Of a stretch of 35,916 nt of DNA, positions 20,401-33,433 are shown piece after piece. A program made the translations under genes and the position numbers. The first letter of the stretch is position 1. The number at the start of each line of letters is the position of its first letter. The stretch comes from Fonticula alba ATCC 38817. Lineage: Eukaryota; Protista; Nucleariida. Below the pieces are notes generated by a model. The model searched no databases and was not told the origin of the DNA. It was given only the letters and a program-made list of their open reading frames with translations. The stretch lies in assembly GCA_000388065.2 (NCBI GenBank), contig KB932203.1, one strand, 5' to 3'.

Positions 20401-23400
20401 CATCCTCTTACCTCTCCCTCCCTCTGCCTCGCTCCCCCTATCTCTTTCTCGTCCCTCCTCCCGGTTGGCAGATCCTCCAATGTGGCGAGGGTCTCACTGA
20501 GCTGACCGACACCGGGCTCGTCGGCTCTGAGGCCACTATTCATGCGGAGCCCATCGAGGGCACTGGATGCTTCATCCAGGTGACGCCCTCGACCCTGCGG
20601 ATCCTGAGCATGCATGGTGCGCACGCTTCTCTCCGCGGGTTTCCTCCGATGTTTCGTCCTTTCCCCTTCCTCTTCTTCCTCATCTTCTTCCCCCCCCTCT
20701 CTCTCTCTCCCCCTTCGTCCGGCCTCCCTCTCCCCCTGAGCCATGCCCTTATCCACGCCCTCGTCCCCGATCTGATGTTTTCTTTAAACACTGTGACCGC
20801 CTCACTGATGCTTTGCCCCCCCCCCCCCCATTCTGTGCTGGAAGACGCCTCGCTGGTGGCTTCGCTTGCGCTCAGTGCCCGAGCGCCGGACGCCTCGGCC
20901 GTGTCAGCCTCGATGGCTGGGCCGTTGTTGGCGATCCTCTTTTCGGACGGCAGCCTCCAGGCCCTCCAGTTCCAGCCCGAGCAGCAGCACTTCCACCCGG
21001 TCGATCTTTCGGCCGTCAGCCTGCTTGGTGGTGACAATGCGCAGCGTGTGACGGCCCTGGCGGCCTTCCACGACCGGGGGCACTTCCTTCGGCCCCTGGC
21101 CACTTTCCTCTCCCCTGCCGCCCTTGGGCAATTGTGCAGTCGCGTCACGCCAGCCGGCTCCACCGGAGCCGGTGCCCCGACGGCTTCAATGTCGGACCTC
21201 GGCACCCCGTCACTGGCCTCCGTAGACCTGGATGACGAGGATGACTTCCTGTATGGCGGATCGACCGCCGGAGGTGGTGGTGCTGCCGAGGCTCAAGCCA
21301 TGGAAGTTGATGGCCCATCGGAATCCGGCTTCGGCGCCTCCGGCGGCGCCGGTCCGTTGCTTGGTGGCGATGGCGCCCAGACCCCCCTGCAGGAGGCATT
21401 GCGTGCGCTGGTGTCTCCCGATGGCGCGGAGCAATTCCTCTTCCTGGCTCTGGCCAGTGGCCATCTGTTGGTCCTGCGGCTGCCGGCGGCTGCTCACTCG
21501 GGCCTGGCACCGGCCATGGCCGAGGTGGTATTGTTGAGCGATGGTTTGGCCGATGCCACCGGTGTCCTGGCCGATCGGCCAGGGCTTGAGCATCTTCTCT
21601 CGGACGCGGCCCCGCTGACGGATGTCGTGGAGGAGTTGCTGCTGTTGCCACTTGGCGCCGACTCGCCTGAGGTGGTCGCCGCCACCAGCACGGCTGCCCC
21701 CGTGGCTGGGAGCCGGCCCATTGCCAGTCTCTTCCTCATGGCCGGCCATCGATCCGGCGATGTGACAGCCTGGCGACTGTCAGATGCCGGGCTCGGGTGT
21801 GCATTCGATGCGATGCATGGTGTCAACCTTGGCCTTGAGCAGGGGGACACCAATGATGCCATGGGTCTGGCTGCGGCGGCGCGACGCACTCTCGGCCGTC
21901 TGGGGGGGCGTTTTGCACGAGTCGACTTGGCAGGGGCCATTTTCCGGCCGATGTCCGTGGACTTGGCCACGGCCAGCACCGGGGCCCTGCTGGCGGATGC
22001 CGGCGAAGCACGTGCGGCCCAGGCTGCCGCCAATCTCGAAGCCAAGCACATCCAGTATTGCGGTGTGCGGGCACAGATCCTGGCCCAGGCCGCCGCGGCA
22101 CAGGCCGCGGCGCAAGCCAGCTCCGGGCACCGGCGCATGCGTGGTCCTCCGCCCTCGGCCGTGGCCAACATCAGCCCCCATCTGCAGTATCAGCAGCAGC
22201 TCCTGCGAACGGCCGAGGACACGGCCCTGCGGGCGTTGCACCAAATCCAAGAGCGCTTTCGCCACTCGACGGCGTATTCCTCCATGCCGGACACCGCGGC
22301 GCAAATGGCCCAGGCCGTGGCTCGACTGCGGCACCGGCCGCGACGTTTGCGGGCCTTCACGCATGTTGGCGCTTCCAGTCCCCTGGGCTTTGAGGGGGTC
22401 TTCGTGTGTGGTGCCCGCCCCAAGTGGATTGTGTATTCTCCACGCACAGGCTTCTGTGTGCATAGCATGCAGTATGTGACCCCCCCCCCCCCCCCCCCCC
22501 CCCCCTTCTGGCCCCTGTATATGCCCCATGCACCCTTCTTGTGCACCTTCGGCCCCTTCCCTCCTGCCCTCTGACCTCCTTTCCCCTTCTCCCGGGCACC
22601 TCGCGCAGCGATGACGGCCCAGTTCGTGCTTTCACCCCTCTGAGCATTCAAAGCAGCCCGCGTGGCGTGGCATACCTGGCCGAGGCAGTGAGCCACACGG
22701 CCCATGGCCGGCCAACGTGCCGACTGCGTGTGTCTCAGCTTCCGAAAGACATGAAGATCGACAGTCCGTGGCCCATTCGTCGTGTTCCTCTCCGTTGCCG
22801 GGCTCACAAGATTGCCTATCACCCGGAGAGCGGGCACTACATTGTGGTATGTTTTTTCTTTCTCCCCCTCATTGGACCCCCTTCTCCCCCGCCCCTCCCC
22901 CCCCCCCGCCCCCGCTTGCAGGCTCGCAAGTTCCTTACCTGTCTTCTTCCTTTTTTTTTGCCTCCCAGGCCACCAGCCAGCTGGACACCTCGGCGGATGT
23001 GGCCACCTCCGGCATTGACTGCGAGGACCAGCAGGCTGGCGGGCCACTGCAGGCGAGCACCGTCACCTCTGACCTCGAGGCTGCGACCCATGCGACCCCG
23101 ATGTCGAACGGGGCGCTGCCCATCCCGCCCGACCGGCGGCGATTCTCCATCGAGCTGTGGTCGCCATCGGCCTGGCTAGCCGGGCCCGCCGATCGGATCG
23201 AGCCGATGCCATCATTCGCTCAAATGCGGGAGGATGGCGACGCCAGTGGGGTTGCCTCGGAGAAGAATGCCGCTCGCCTGCGTGTCGATGAGCAGGTCCT
23301 CGCTGTGGAGACCGTCTATCTGGACACGACTGGTGCCGGGGTTGGGACCGATGTGCCGACCGAGCGCCGGCCCTTCATCGCCGTCGGCACTGGCACCCTG

Positions 23401-25367
23401 CGTGGGGCTGATGAATCGTGTGGTGGTCGCGTGCGTGTTTTTCCTTCTCCCTCCCCTTCCCTCTCCGCCCGTCCCCAGGCGCCTCCTGTGGCCACACGTC
23501 TGTGGCCTCTTTTGTTTGGGTCTTCCTCGGGCTCGCGACTGACATCCTGCCGCGCGATGTGGGATGCCGGGGATCCGCGCTTTCCAGATCCTCATCTTCG
23601 ATGTGGTTGAGCGCCATCATTCCGACCCGAAGAAGGCAACCTCATCACATCGATTGAAGCTTGTCTTCTCCAAGACCTTCCGCACCCCGGTGTCTGCGGT
23701 GACGGAGCTCGGCGGCCATATCGCTCTCGCCCTTGGACAGCGTGTGCGTTCCCCTTTCGTGTCCTTCTTTGCCCCTTCTCTCTCTCTCTCTCTCTCTCTC
23801 GCTGTCTATGTCCAGCTGGCGCGGTGTCCGTCCCTGCTTCCCTCGCCCTCTCCTCACGTCTCTCCCATGCACACACTCACCCTCCTCCACTCAGATTATT
23901 CTCTACTCCTTCAAGGATGCGGCGGATTTGGTTGGGCGCGCTTTTCTCGATGTTCATACCTATGTGACGGCCCTGTCTTCGGTGGCAGGGCGATACCTGC
24001 TGGTGGGTGACGCCCTGCGGGGGGTTTGCTTTGCTCGGTATAAGGGCCATCCGCTGGTGGGGCTGGATATCATCGGCTCAGATCGGGGAGAGGTTCGCCG
24101 CCACTCGCCCGTCGGTTCGGGAGAGTTCATCGTCGACGACACCTCCCTGGCCATGGTCTCTCTGGATGATGCGGGCTCCATGCACGTTCTGCGCTATGAT
24201 CCGGCATGTGCGTGGTTCTCCCCCCGTCCCCCCCCCCCTCTCTCTCTCTCTCTCCCCTCAATCTCCTTCTGCATTTCTTGCCCCAAGCCCCTGTGTCCGG
24301 CTCGCTGTGAGCCCTTGATCGCCGTGCCTGTGCGCCTGTCCGCCCTCGCGCCGACTCACACAGCTACACACCCACACCACCAGCCATCCAAAGTATTGCC
24401 GGAAAGCGCCTCCTGCGTACGGCTGATATGCATGTCGGTGCCAACCAGCTTAGCTGCCCCCGGTCCTTCAGATTCTCGATGCGTTCCCCGAGTGTCCGAT
24501 CCTCGCGCCAGCAGTTTACCCTCTTTGGTTCGTTTTCGCCATTTGTCCTCTCCCCTCGCCCTCGCCCTCGCCCTCTTCCTCTATCACTCGGTCTGTCATG
24601 CCATCCGATCTCTGGGTTCAAGGATCTCTGACCCTGTGTGTTTGTCTCCATCCATTTGAAACGCGCTGCTTTACCCGGCCGCGATTTTTAGCCAGCTCCG
24701 AAGGTGTTCTTTCCTCGGTGGCTCCGGTCCCCGAGCGACGCTTCCATCGTCTGTCACTTCTGCAGCGCAAGCTCACCTCCGGCCCAACTTTGGCCGCCTT
24801 GTCCTCCAGCGAATATGGCGCTGCCACGTCAGCCCAGGTGGTCCTGCCATCGACTGCGGCTGCGGCCGCGGCTGCGGCTGCTACTGACCTGTCTCCGGCG
24901 GTCGAGGCTCTGCGCGACCTCCTTTCGGCGCCGGTCCTCCCGGCTGCCGCCCTTCGCCCGTTGGGCAGCCTCAATCCCCGCGCTTTCCGAGTCCCACGTG
25001 CCATCGGGCCTCACCGGTCGGCCGGTGCCGGGCCCGGTGCCGGATCTGGCCGCCGGCGCGGCGTGGTCGACATCGTGCTCATCCGCCATGCCTTCCTCAA
25101 CTCGAGCATGCGCGAGCAGGTACCTCGCCCTGCTGGGCCCCTTTTTTTGCCCTTCCCCCACCCTTGTGTGCCCGATCCCCGTGCCCCCCCCCCCCCCCCT
25201 CAGCCACATGCTTCTTCTGCCGCCGGGCCACTCACACCCCACCTTAAATGTCCCACCTCTGCGCACTTTCCGAAACACAGCGCGAGATCGCCCGGCGCAT
25301 CGGCTCCAGCGTGGAGCAGCTCTTCGACGATCTCCTCTTCCTGGAGCACAGCCTGGATATTTTCTGA
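17452..25367 (+). CDS. CPSF1: Cleavage and polyadenylation specificity factor subunit 1 (CPSF160/Cft1), about 15-16 introns
   Basis: Exons 17452-17484, 17662-17778, 17985-18224, 18308-18456, 18613-18759, 18874-... splice to MSNLVYPVHDELSPPTAVES..., DVLIVASLEAKLSLVVFDP...SMHHYED and FLHGYYQPTVTVLYEP. Later exons give FEGVFVCGARPKWI, IDSPWPIRRVPLRCRAHKIAYHPES, AVGTGTLRGADESCGGR and AFLDVHTYV...LLVGDALRGV. Last exon 25281-25367 encodes REIARRIGSSVEQLFDDLLFLEHSLDIF*. Some internal boundaries are approximate. Confidence 0.92.
17855..17972. other. Assembly gap inside CPSF1 intron 2
   Basis: N run. Confidence 0.99.
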
Positions 25368-25734
25368 GCCCCAATCCATGAATACACGTGATATATCCAA
25401 TCGCAGCGCCAGCCCCCTGGTGGTGGGGGAACCTGCGGTGGTTTGGATCGGTGGCAGGAGGGGCGCGGCGGCGCGGGCAGAGACACACAGGCGAGGGGGG
25501 AATGGCGGACTGGAAGCAACCAAAGATGGGGCCGCGGGATTTCGAATTGTGGCACTTTTGCAACCTCTCTTCGGAGAGCGGCCTCAGGAGATGCCGGCGA
25601 GGAAGATGAAGGGTAAGATTCTCCACCTATCCCCAACTTCAGTCTCCTTCCCTGCTTTTTTTCCCCCTCCCCCCTCCCCCCCCCCCACCTGTTCGGGTAG
25701 ATCTACTGTGTCTTTGATCTTCCTGCCGACGTCC

Positions 25735-28050
25735 ATGTCCAGCCCGGCGTCTGCTGGTCCATCTTCTCCCCCCGGGGGAGCCGCGGAGGGGCGAGAGGAG
25801 GGCCAGGTGGTGCGAAGTGCGCCGACTGGGTCCGCTGGACCGGCGAAGGATCTGGCATCCAGCTCCCTGACCACCGGGTCTCCTGTGCCCGAGCTTCTTG
25901 GCCGTTGGAGTCGCATCATTGGCCTGATCGCTGATGACCCCCAAAATGCGGCACCCCCGCCGTCACGGCTCCAGTCCTTGCGACACCTGCGCACAGCGAA
26001 GGCCACTCGGGCCTCTCCCCGATCCCGACACATCGTACAGATGGCCCCTTCATCTGGAGCAGCGCATCGGCCCCCTCCCAAGCATGCGCCTGTTGAGACT
26101 GGGACTGCCTTCTCTTTCCCCGCCACGTCCGATATGCCAGAGGGGGCTGCCACTTCAGCAAAGGCCCCTGTAATCAAGAGCGAGCCTGCCTCGGCCGACA
26201 AACCGGCGCCCCCGTCGAATGGCCGTGCTCCTGGGCCGGCCGCCATGATCAAGATCTCGGATGACTGTGCGTCCCTCGCGTAAACACATCCTCGCACATC
26301 TTTGGCCACCTTCACACATCCACACGTCCATACATCAACACACATACACACACATATATACAAACACGCGTGGGGATGTGCCCTCTCGTGTGTGTGTGTG
26401 TGTGTGTATGTGCGTGACCTCTTTTTTTTTTTCAAGCAGCGCATTCATCTCACCCCTCCTTTGAACACATCCCACACCGCGCCCATCTATTTCAGTGTTC
26501 ATGTCCACCGACGCAACACAACTTTCGGCCGAGGATGTGGGCTATCGGCATGAGGACCATCGCCCCTCATCCCATCGTCTGTGGAATTACCTCCCGCGGC
26601 TGGACTCGCTGATGCCGCGAATCTATGGACTGTGCGTGTGGGCTTGCCCATCACCCTCCCCGGCTACTTCCCTCTGCCTCCATCATGTCCGTCTGTCCAT
26701 TCCTGACGCCCCTCGATCAAAGATTGAAGTCTCCATCAGCTCGCTTTGTCCAGCTCCAGGATCAACTCGTCGCACGCGAGGCGGAGGTACAGCTGACCTG
26801 CATTCCCTGCATACATGGGCCATCATTCGTCCGTCAAACCTGACATTTTCCCTCCCTTTGCCAGGCTGAGCAGGAAATTCGCGATTTCGAGCAGCAGCTC
26901 CGCGAGCGTGAGCAACGCCAGCGCGAGGCCGAACGGCTGGCCGAGCTGGAGCGTCAACAACGCGAGGCCGCGGCTCAGCAGAAGCTTCGTCGGCCCCTTC
27001 CGAAGGTGGTCCGCCTGAATGCGGAGCAAAGTAGCGATGTCCATCGCCGGGTGTGGACCCGCCAGGGGGGCGTGCTGGCCAGCCGGTTCAATGTTGACAT
27101 CACCCGCCAGGATGTCCTCACGCTGAAGGGGACATCATGGCTGAATGACGAGGTGATCAACTTCTACGGGCAGTTGATCATGGAACGCGCCGGCAATGCC
27201 CAAGCCCATGGGTTGCCCTCGGTTCATTGGTTCAGCACCTTCTTTTACTCGACCCTGGCCAAGGATGGCTATGCTCGGGTCCGGCGATGGACCCGGCGCG
27301 TGGACATCTTTTCCAAGGATCTGCTCCTGGTACCGGTGCATCTCGGCATGCACTGGTGCATGGCGGCCGTTCACTTCCCCGATCGGCGGATCATCTACAT
27401 GGACAGTCTCGGCGCGCGAAACGACGAGTGCCTGGATGTGCGTCCTGCTTTCCCCTCGCCTCCGTTGGCGAATGTGCCCCCTTTGGCTTGGTATCGGCCA
27501 TTGACTTACATATTCTGTTCCCCCCCCCTTTGCTCGAACCCGCTCCATGACCCTCCGCCCCCCTCCTTTCACCCTCCCCCTCCATGTCTCATCATGCAAC
27601 TAGCTTTTGTTGATGTACCTCGACCAGGAAAGTCGCGACAAGAAGGGCACACCCTTCGATGTGACTGACTGGGAAACCGAGTGCCTTAGCGTGCGATTCT
27701 CCTCCCGGACCCCCCTTGCCTCTCTGTGCTCGAGCCCCGCCCCCCTCGCGACTCTAATCCCGCTTTATGCCCCCTCTTCTTCCTCTCCCTCTCCCTCTCT
27801 TCCACCTCTCTGTCCATTCTCCTTGGCCCGTCGCTGCTTCACACATGTGGCCCATCCCGTCAATTGTTCCCAGGCAATTCCGCGACAGAAGAATGGCTAC
27901 GATTGCGGGGTATTCGCATGTTCCTTTGCCGAGTGCCTTTCGCGCGGAATTGGGTTTGATGGACGCTTCAACTTCACCCAAGCCGACATCCCAGCCGTGC
28001 GTGAGCGCATGGCCTACGAAATTGCCCATTGTCGACTGCTAGAAGGGTAG
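25735..28050 (+). CDS. SENP/ULP1: SUMO-specific protease (Ulp1/SENP1-like, peptidase C48); exons ~25735-26266, 26496-26631, 26723-26786, 26865-27437, 27604-27690, 27874-28050; start codon uncertain
   Basis: WLNDEVINFY, FSTFFY, RVRRWTR, PVHLGMHWC (His), YMDSLG (Asp) and QKNGYDCGVF (Gln, Cys) motifs. Low-complexity N-terminus and a coiled coil precede the catalytic domain. The listed GT-AG introns keep the frame. Confidence 0.9.
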
Positions 28051-28734
28051 CGCCCCTGGGGCCACCTCAATACAAAACAAATTACCACCTCCACCGGGGT
28101 GAGGCTGCTTGGTCTTATCCCTCCTCTGTCGACTTGCCCTTGCCCGCTGCTCCCCGCCGGTCGGTGTGTGTCTCACACGTTTGGGACACCCCTCCCCCCC
28201 CCCCGTCCCTCCACGGAAAGGTGGACTGCCTGCCTGGACACACATAGGAAGCCAAATGCCGGGGGCCTCATTTGCAGGGGGGAGATGTCGCCTTTATTAT
28301 ACATTCCAGATTGCGGGGAGTAGGAGAGATATGAGACACCGAGGGGACGTGCGCCCAGGGTCATCCCGCATTCTCATCTGCTCACCACGAAAAAAGGGCT
28401 GTCACAATGGTGGCTGCTCCCTGCTTGTCGCGGCAGGAGTCAGGACAGCAGTTCAACATTTCAAAAGAGGCACGAAAGATACCCAGGGAGGCAAAGGGAC
28501 GTCAGCCGGGCGATTGCCTCCCCCTTACGTTTCTCTCTCCCATGGCCATGTTCAGTTCATTTGTTGCTTGCACCTGGCCAATGATGCCATTGACACGACG
28601 ACGGTGACGACGACGACGACGACATCGCACGACCCATCCATGGAGGGCGTGCGATTCCTTCTTTCAGAGAGGCCGCGAGAGCGATAGAGAGGGAGAAGGA
28701 GAGAGAGCAAGAGACATGGCCCTTGCGGGGCCTC

Positions 28735-30947
<2,213 letters not shown>

Positions 30948-30949
30948 GG

Positions 30950-31354
30950 NNNNNNNNNNNNNNNNNNNNNNNNNNNNNNNNNNNNNNNNNNNNNNNNNNN
31001 NNNNNNNNNNNNNNNNNNNNNNNNNNNNNNNNNNNNNNNNNNNNNNNNNNNNNNNNNNNNNNNNNNNNNNNNNNNNNNNNNNNNNNNNNNNNNNNNNNNN
31101 NNNNNNNNNNNNNNNNNNNNNNNNNNNNNNNNNNNNNNNNNNNNNNNNNNNNNNNNNNNNNNNNNNNNNNNNNNNNNNNNNNNNNNNNNNNNNNNNNNNN
31201 NNNNNNNNNNNNNNNNNNNNNNNNNNNNNNNNNNNNNNNNNNNNNNNNNNNNNNNNNNNNNNNNNNNNNNNNNNNNNNNNNNNNNNNNNNNNNNNNNNNN
31301 NNNNNNNNNNNNNNNNNNNNNNNNNNNNNNNNNNNNNNNNNNNNNNNNNNNNNN
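30950..31354. other. Assembly gap immediately upstream of GMDS
   Basis: N run flanked by G/C runs. Confidence 0.99.
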
Positions 31355-32544
31355 CCCCCCCGCGCCCCCGCACCCCCCGGCCGGACCTTCACACAATAAG
31401 ATGGATCCAGGCGCCGACCGTCTCCCGGGTGGTGATGCCACCATCCGCGGAGGAGGAGGTCGAGCAAGGGGGCGGGACCCAGAGCGCCCCAACCGCCCTG
31501 GAGGCATCGCTGCCTGTCATTCATCTGCATGCCCGTCCAATGTGCCCCCGGCTCTTTGGGCGGTGCCGAAGCCCCCCCAGCAGGCGGTTGCCACTCCACG
31601 ACATGCCCGCTCTCTGCTCGGCGACAGCGTAAATAAGTTCGTGTGCGTCTCTTTCCATGCATGCTCGGATATGCATGTGTGCATGAATGTGGAGGCCTTC
31701 CAAATACGCCGACGCGACTGTTAATAAAGCCAATCTGTTGCGTCAGGAGGTGCCTGAGTCTATGGTCGCGGCATCTAGGATGTCAGATTGTTTCCCCAGC
31801 AGGTGGGAGGGGGGGTGGAGGGGGGCGGGGCGGGCGGGGGGGCATACCACCCGTGGATCATGCTCACGGGCATTTTGGCGGCACACCCACGAAGGGGGGA
31901 CAGGAGCTCCCCCATCGGGTGATAGGACCCGCACAGGGGGTGCGCGAAGGGCGCAGAACAAGTCCGATCTTGAGCTCCGGCGTGTCAGCCCCGATCGGAC
32001 AACCTTCGTGTGGGGATTGCCACACTAAGACGAGGGCGGACGGGGACACAAGGATTCTCCCCTCAAGCAGCTGGGGCCCCCGGAGCACACCATCTTCAAC
32101 CCCTCGCACCTAAGATAGAGCCAAGACAGACGCCCCTCCCCGCCCCGCTGTCTATTGGGCACAGGGAGATGGCGATGATGATCGGGCCGAGGCCACCGTG
32201 CATGGGCTGGGGGGCCAGATCCCACGTATTTGCATCTCTGGGGGGTCCCCCCCCCCCCCCCCGGCAGCCAGACCGGCCCCGAGCCACTCGGGCTCTGTTT
32301 ACTTTCTAAGGAGGGCTCGATCAGCCGGGCCCGGCGACCGTCACAGGGACGCACGCCAAAAAAGCGCAAAGGGATTGGCGAGCTGCCAGCAGCCGACCAT
32401 TGGCGGAGCCTTCCCTCGGGGGACGGGGAATTCCACCGCACTGACTACAGCAGGGATGGCCAAGGGGGGGGGGGGCAGGGCGGGCATGTCGCATGGTTCG
32501 GCGTTCCAGGTACCCGGAGTGGCAACGGCACCTGCATCCCCCCC

Positions 32545-32690
32545 NNNNNNNNNNNNNNNNNNNNNNNNNNNNNNNNNNNNNNNNNNNNNNNNNNNNNNNN
32601 NNNNNNNNNNNNNNNNNNNNNNNNNNNNNNNNNNNNNNNNNNNNNNNNNNNNNNNNNNNNNNNNNNNNNNNNNNNNNNNNNNNNNNNNNN
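32545..32690. other. Assembly gap
   Basis: N run after a poly-C tract. Confidence 0.99.
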
Positions 32691-33433
32691 GGTAGGAAGG
32701 GGGGGGGGGGGGCGGGGGGCGCGGGGGCGGGGGGATGCAGGCGCCGAAATTAACAAAAGGGATAGTGACACCCCACAGTTCAAATAGCGGCGTGATTCGA
32801 AATGGGAGGTCCCTAGCGTGTGACCTTTTGGTCATGTGCGGCCCTGTCAGCAGCACACTTTCAGGCATATCTCCCCCTGTCGCGTTTGCCTGGTTCTGAA
32901 TCGTCCTCCAGGAAAGGGCGGAGATCTGCGAAGGATAAAAAGTGGGCAGGCCAAAAGAAATAAAAATAGCAGAAACCCCCCGGGCCATCCACGTATCAAG
33001 AAAAAGCACGAAAGAAAAGGCTGTCTGTGAAGGTATTCGTATTTGGTCATCGACATGATACACCCCCTGCTGAGAGGAGGGAGGTGCACAGGAGAGAAGG
33101 CCCAAGGGAGGAGAAGGAGCAATCACCTGGGTACATGGGAGAGTTGTGACCCCTCCCGTAGGGACCCCCCCCCCCCCACCCTATTAGCTGGGCCTCTTTT
33201 CCTCCCTTCCTTCGCTTGCGGCGTTGAAGGGGCCTTTCGCTGGCCACCAATCGCGGCAAAGGGGCCCCCCTTGCCTAAAGGAAAGAACACGGAGGGAAGA
33301 GGGGAAAATGCAGAAAGGGACGGAAAGGGAGATATCCCCGGGCGCGTGCGGTGCCGACATTGGTGAACAGGTGGCGCGCAATGCTGATGGTACAGGAGAT
33401 GATGGGTCGTCGACGAAGGGGCGGGGGGGACCC

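Noticed and set aside
7916-28050. Functional clustering of SMC6 (SUMO-ligase-associated complex) with a SUMO protease, and PIG-T with GMDS
   Set aside because: Housekeeping genes in mixed orientations; no evidence beyond chance adjacency.
32341-33126. Minus-strand ORF with hydrophobic stretches
   Set aside because: Spans a gap, codon usage is unlike host genes, and no motif is recognised; likely UTR or intergenic.
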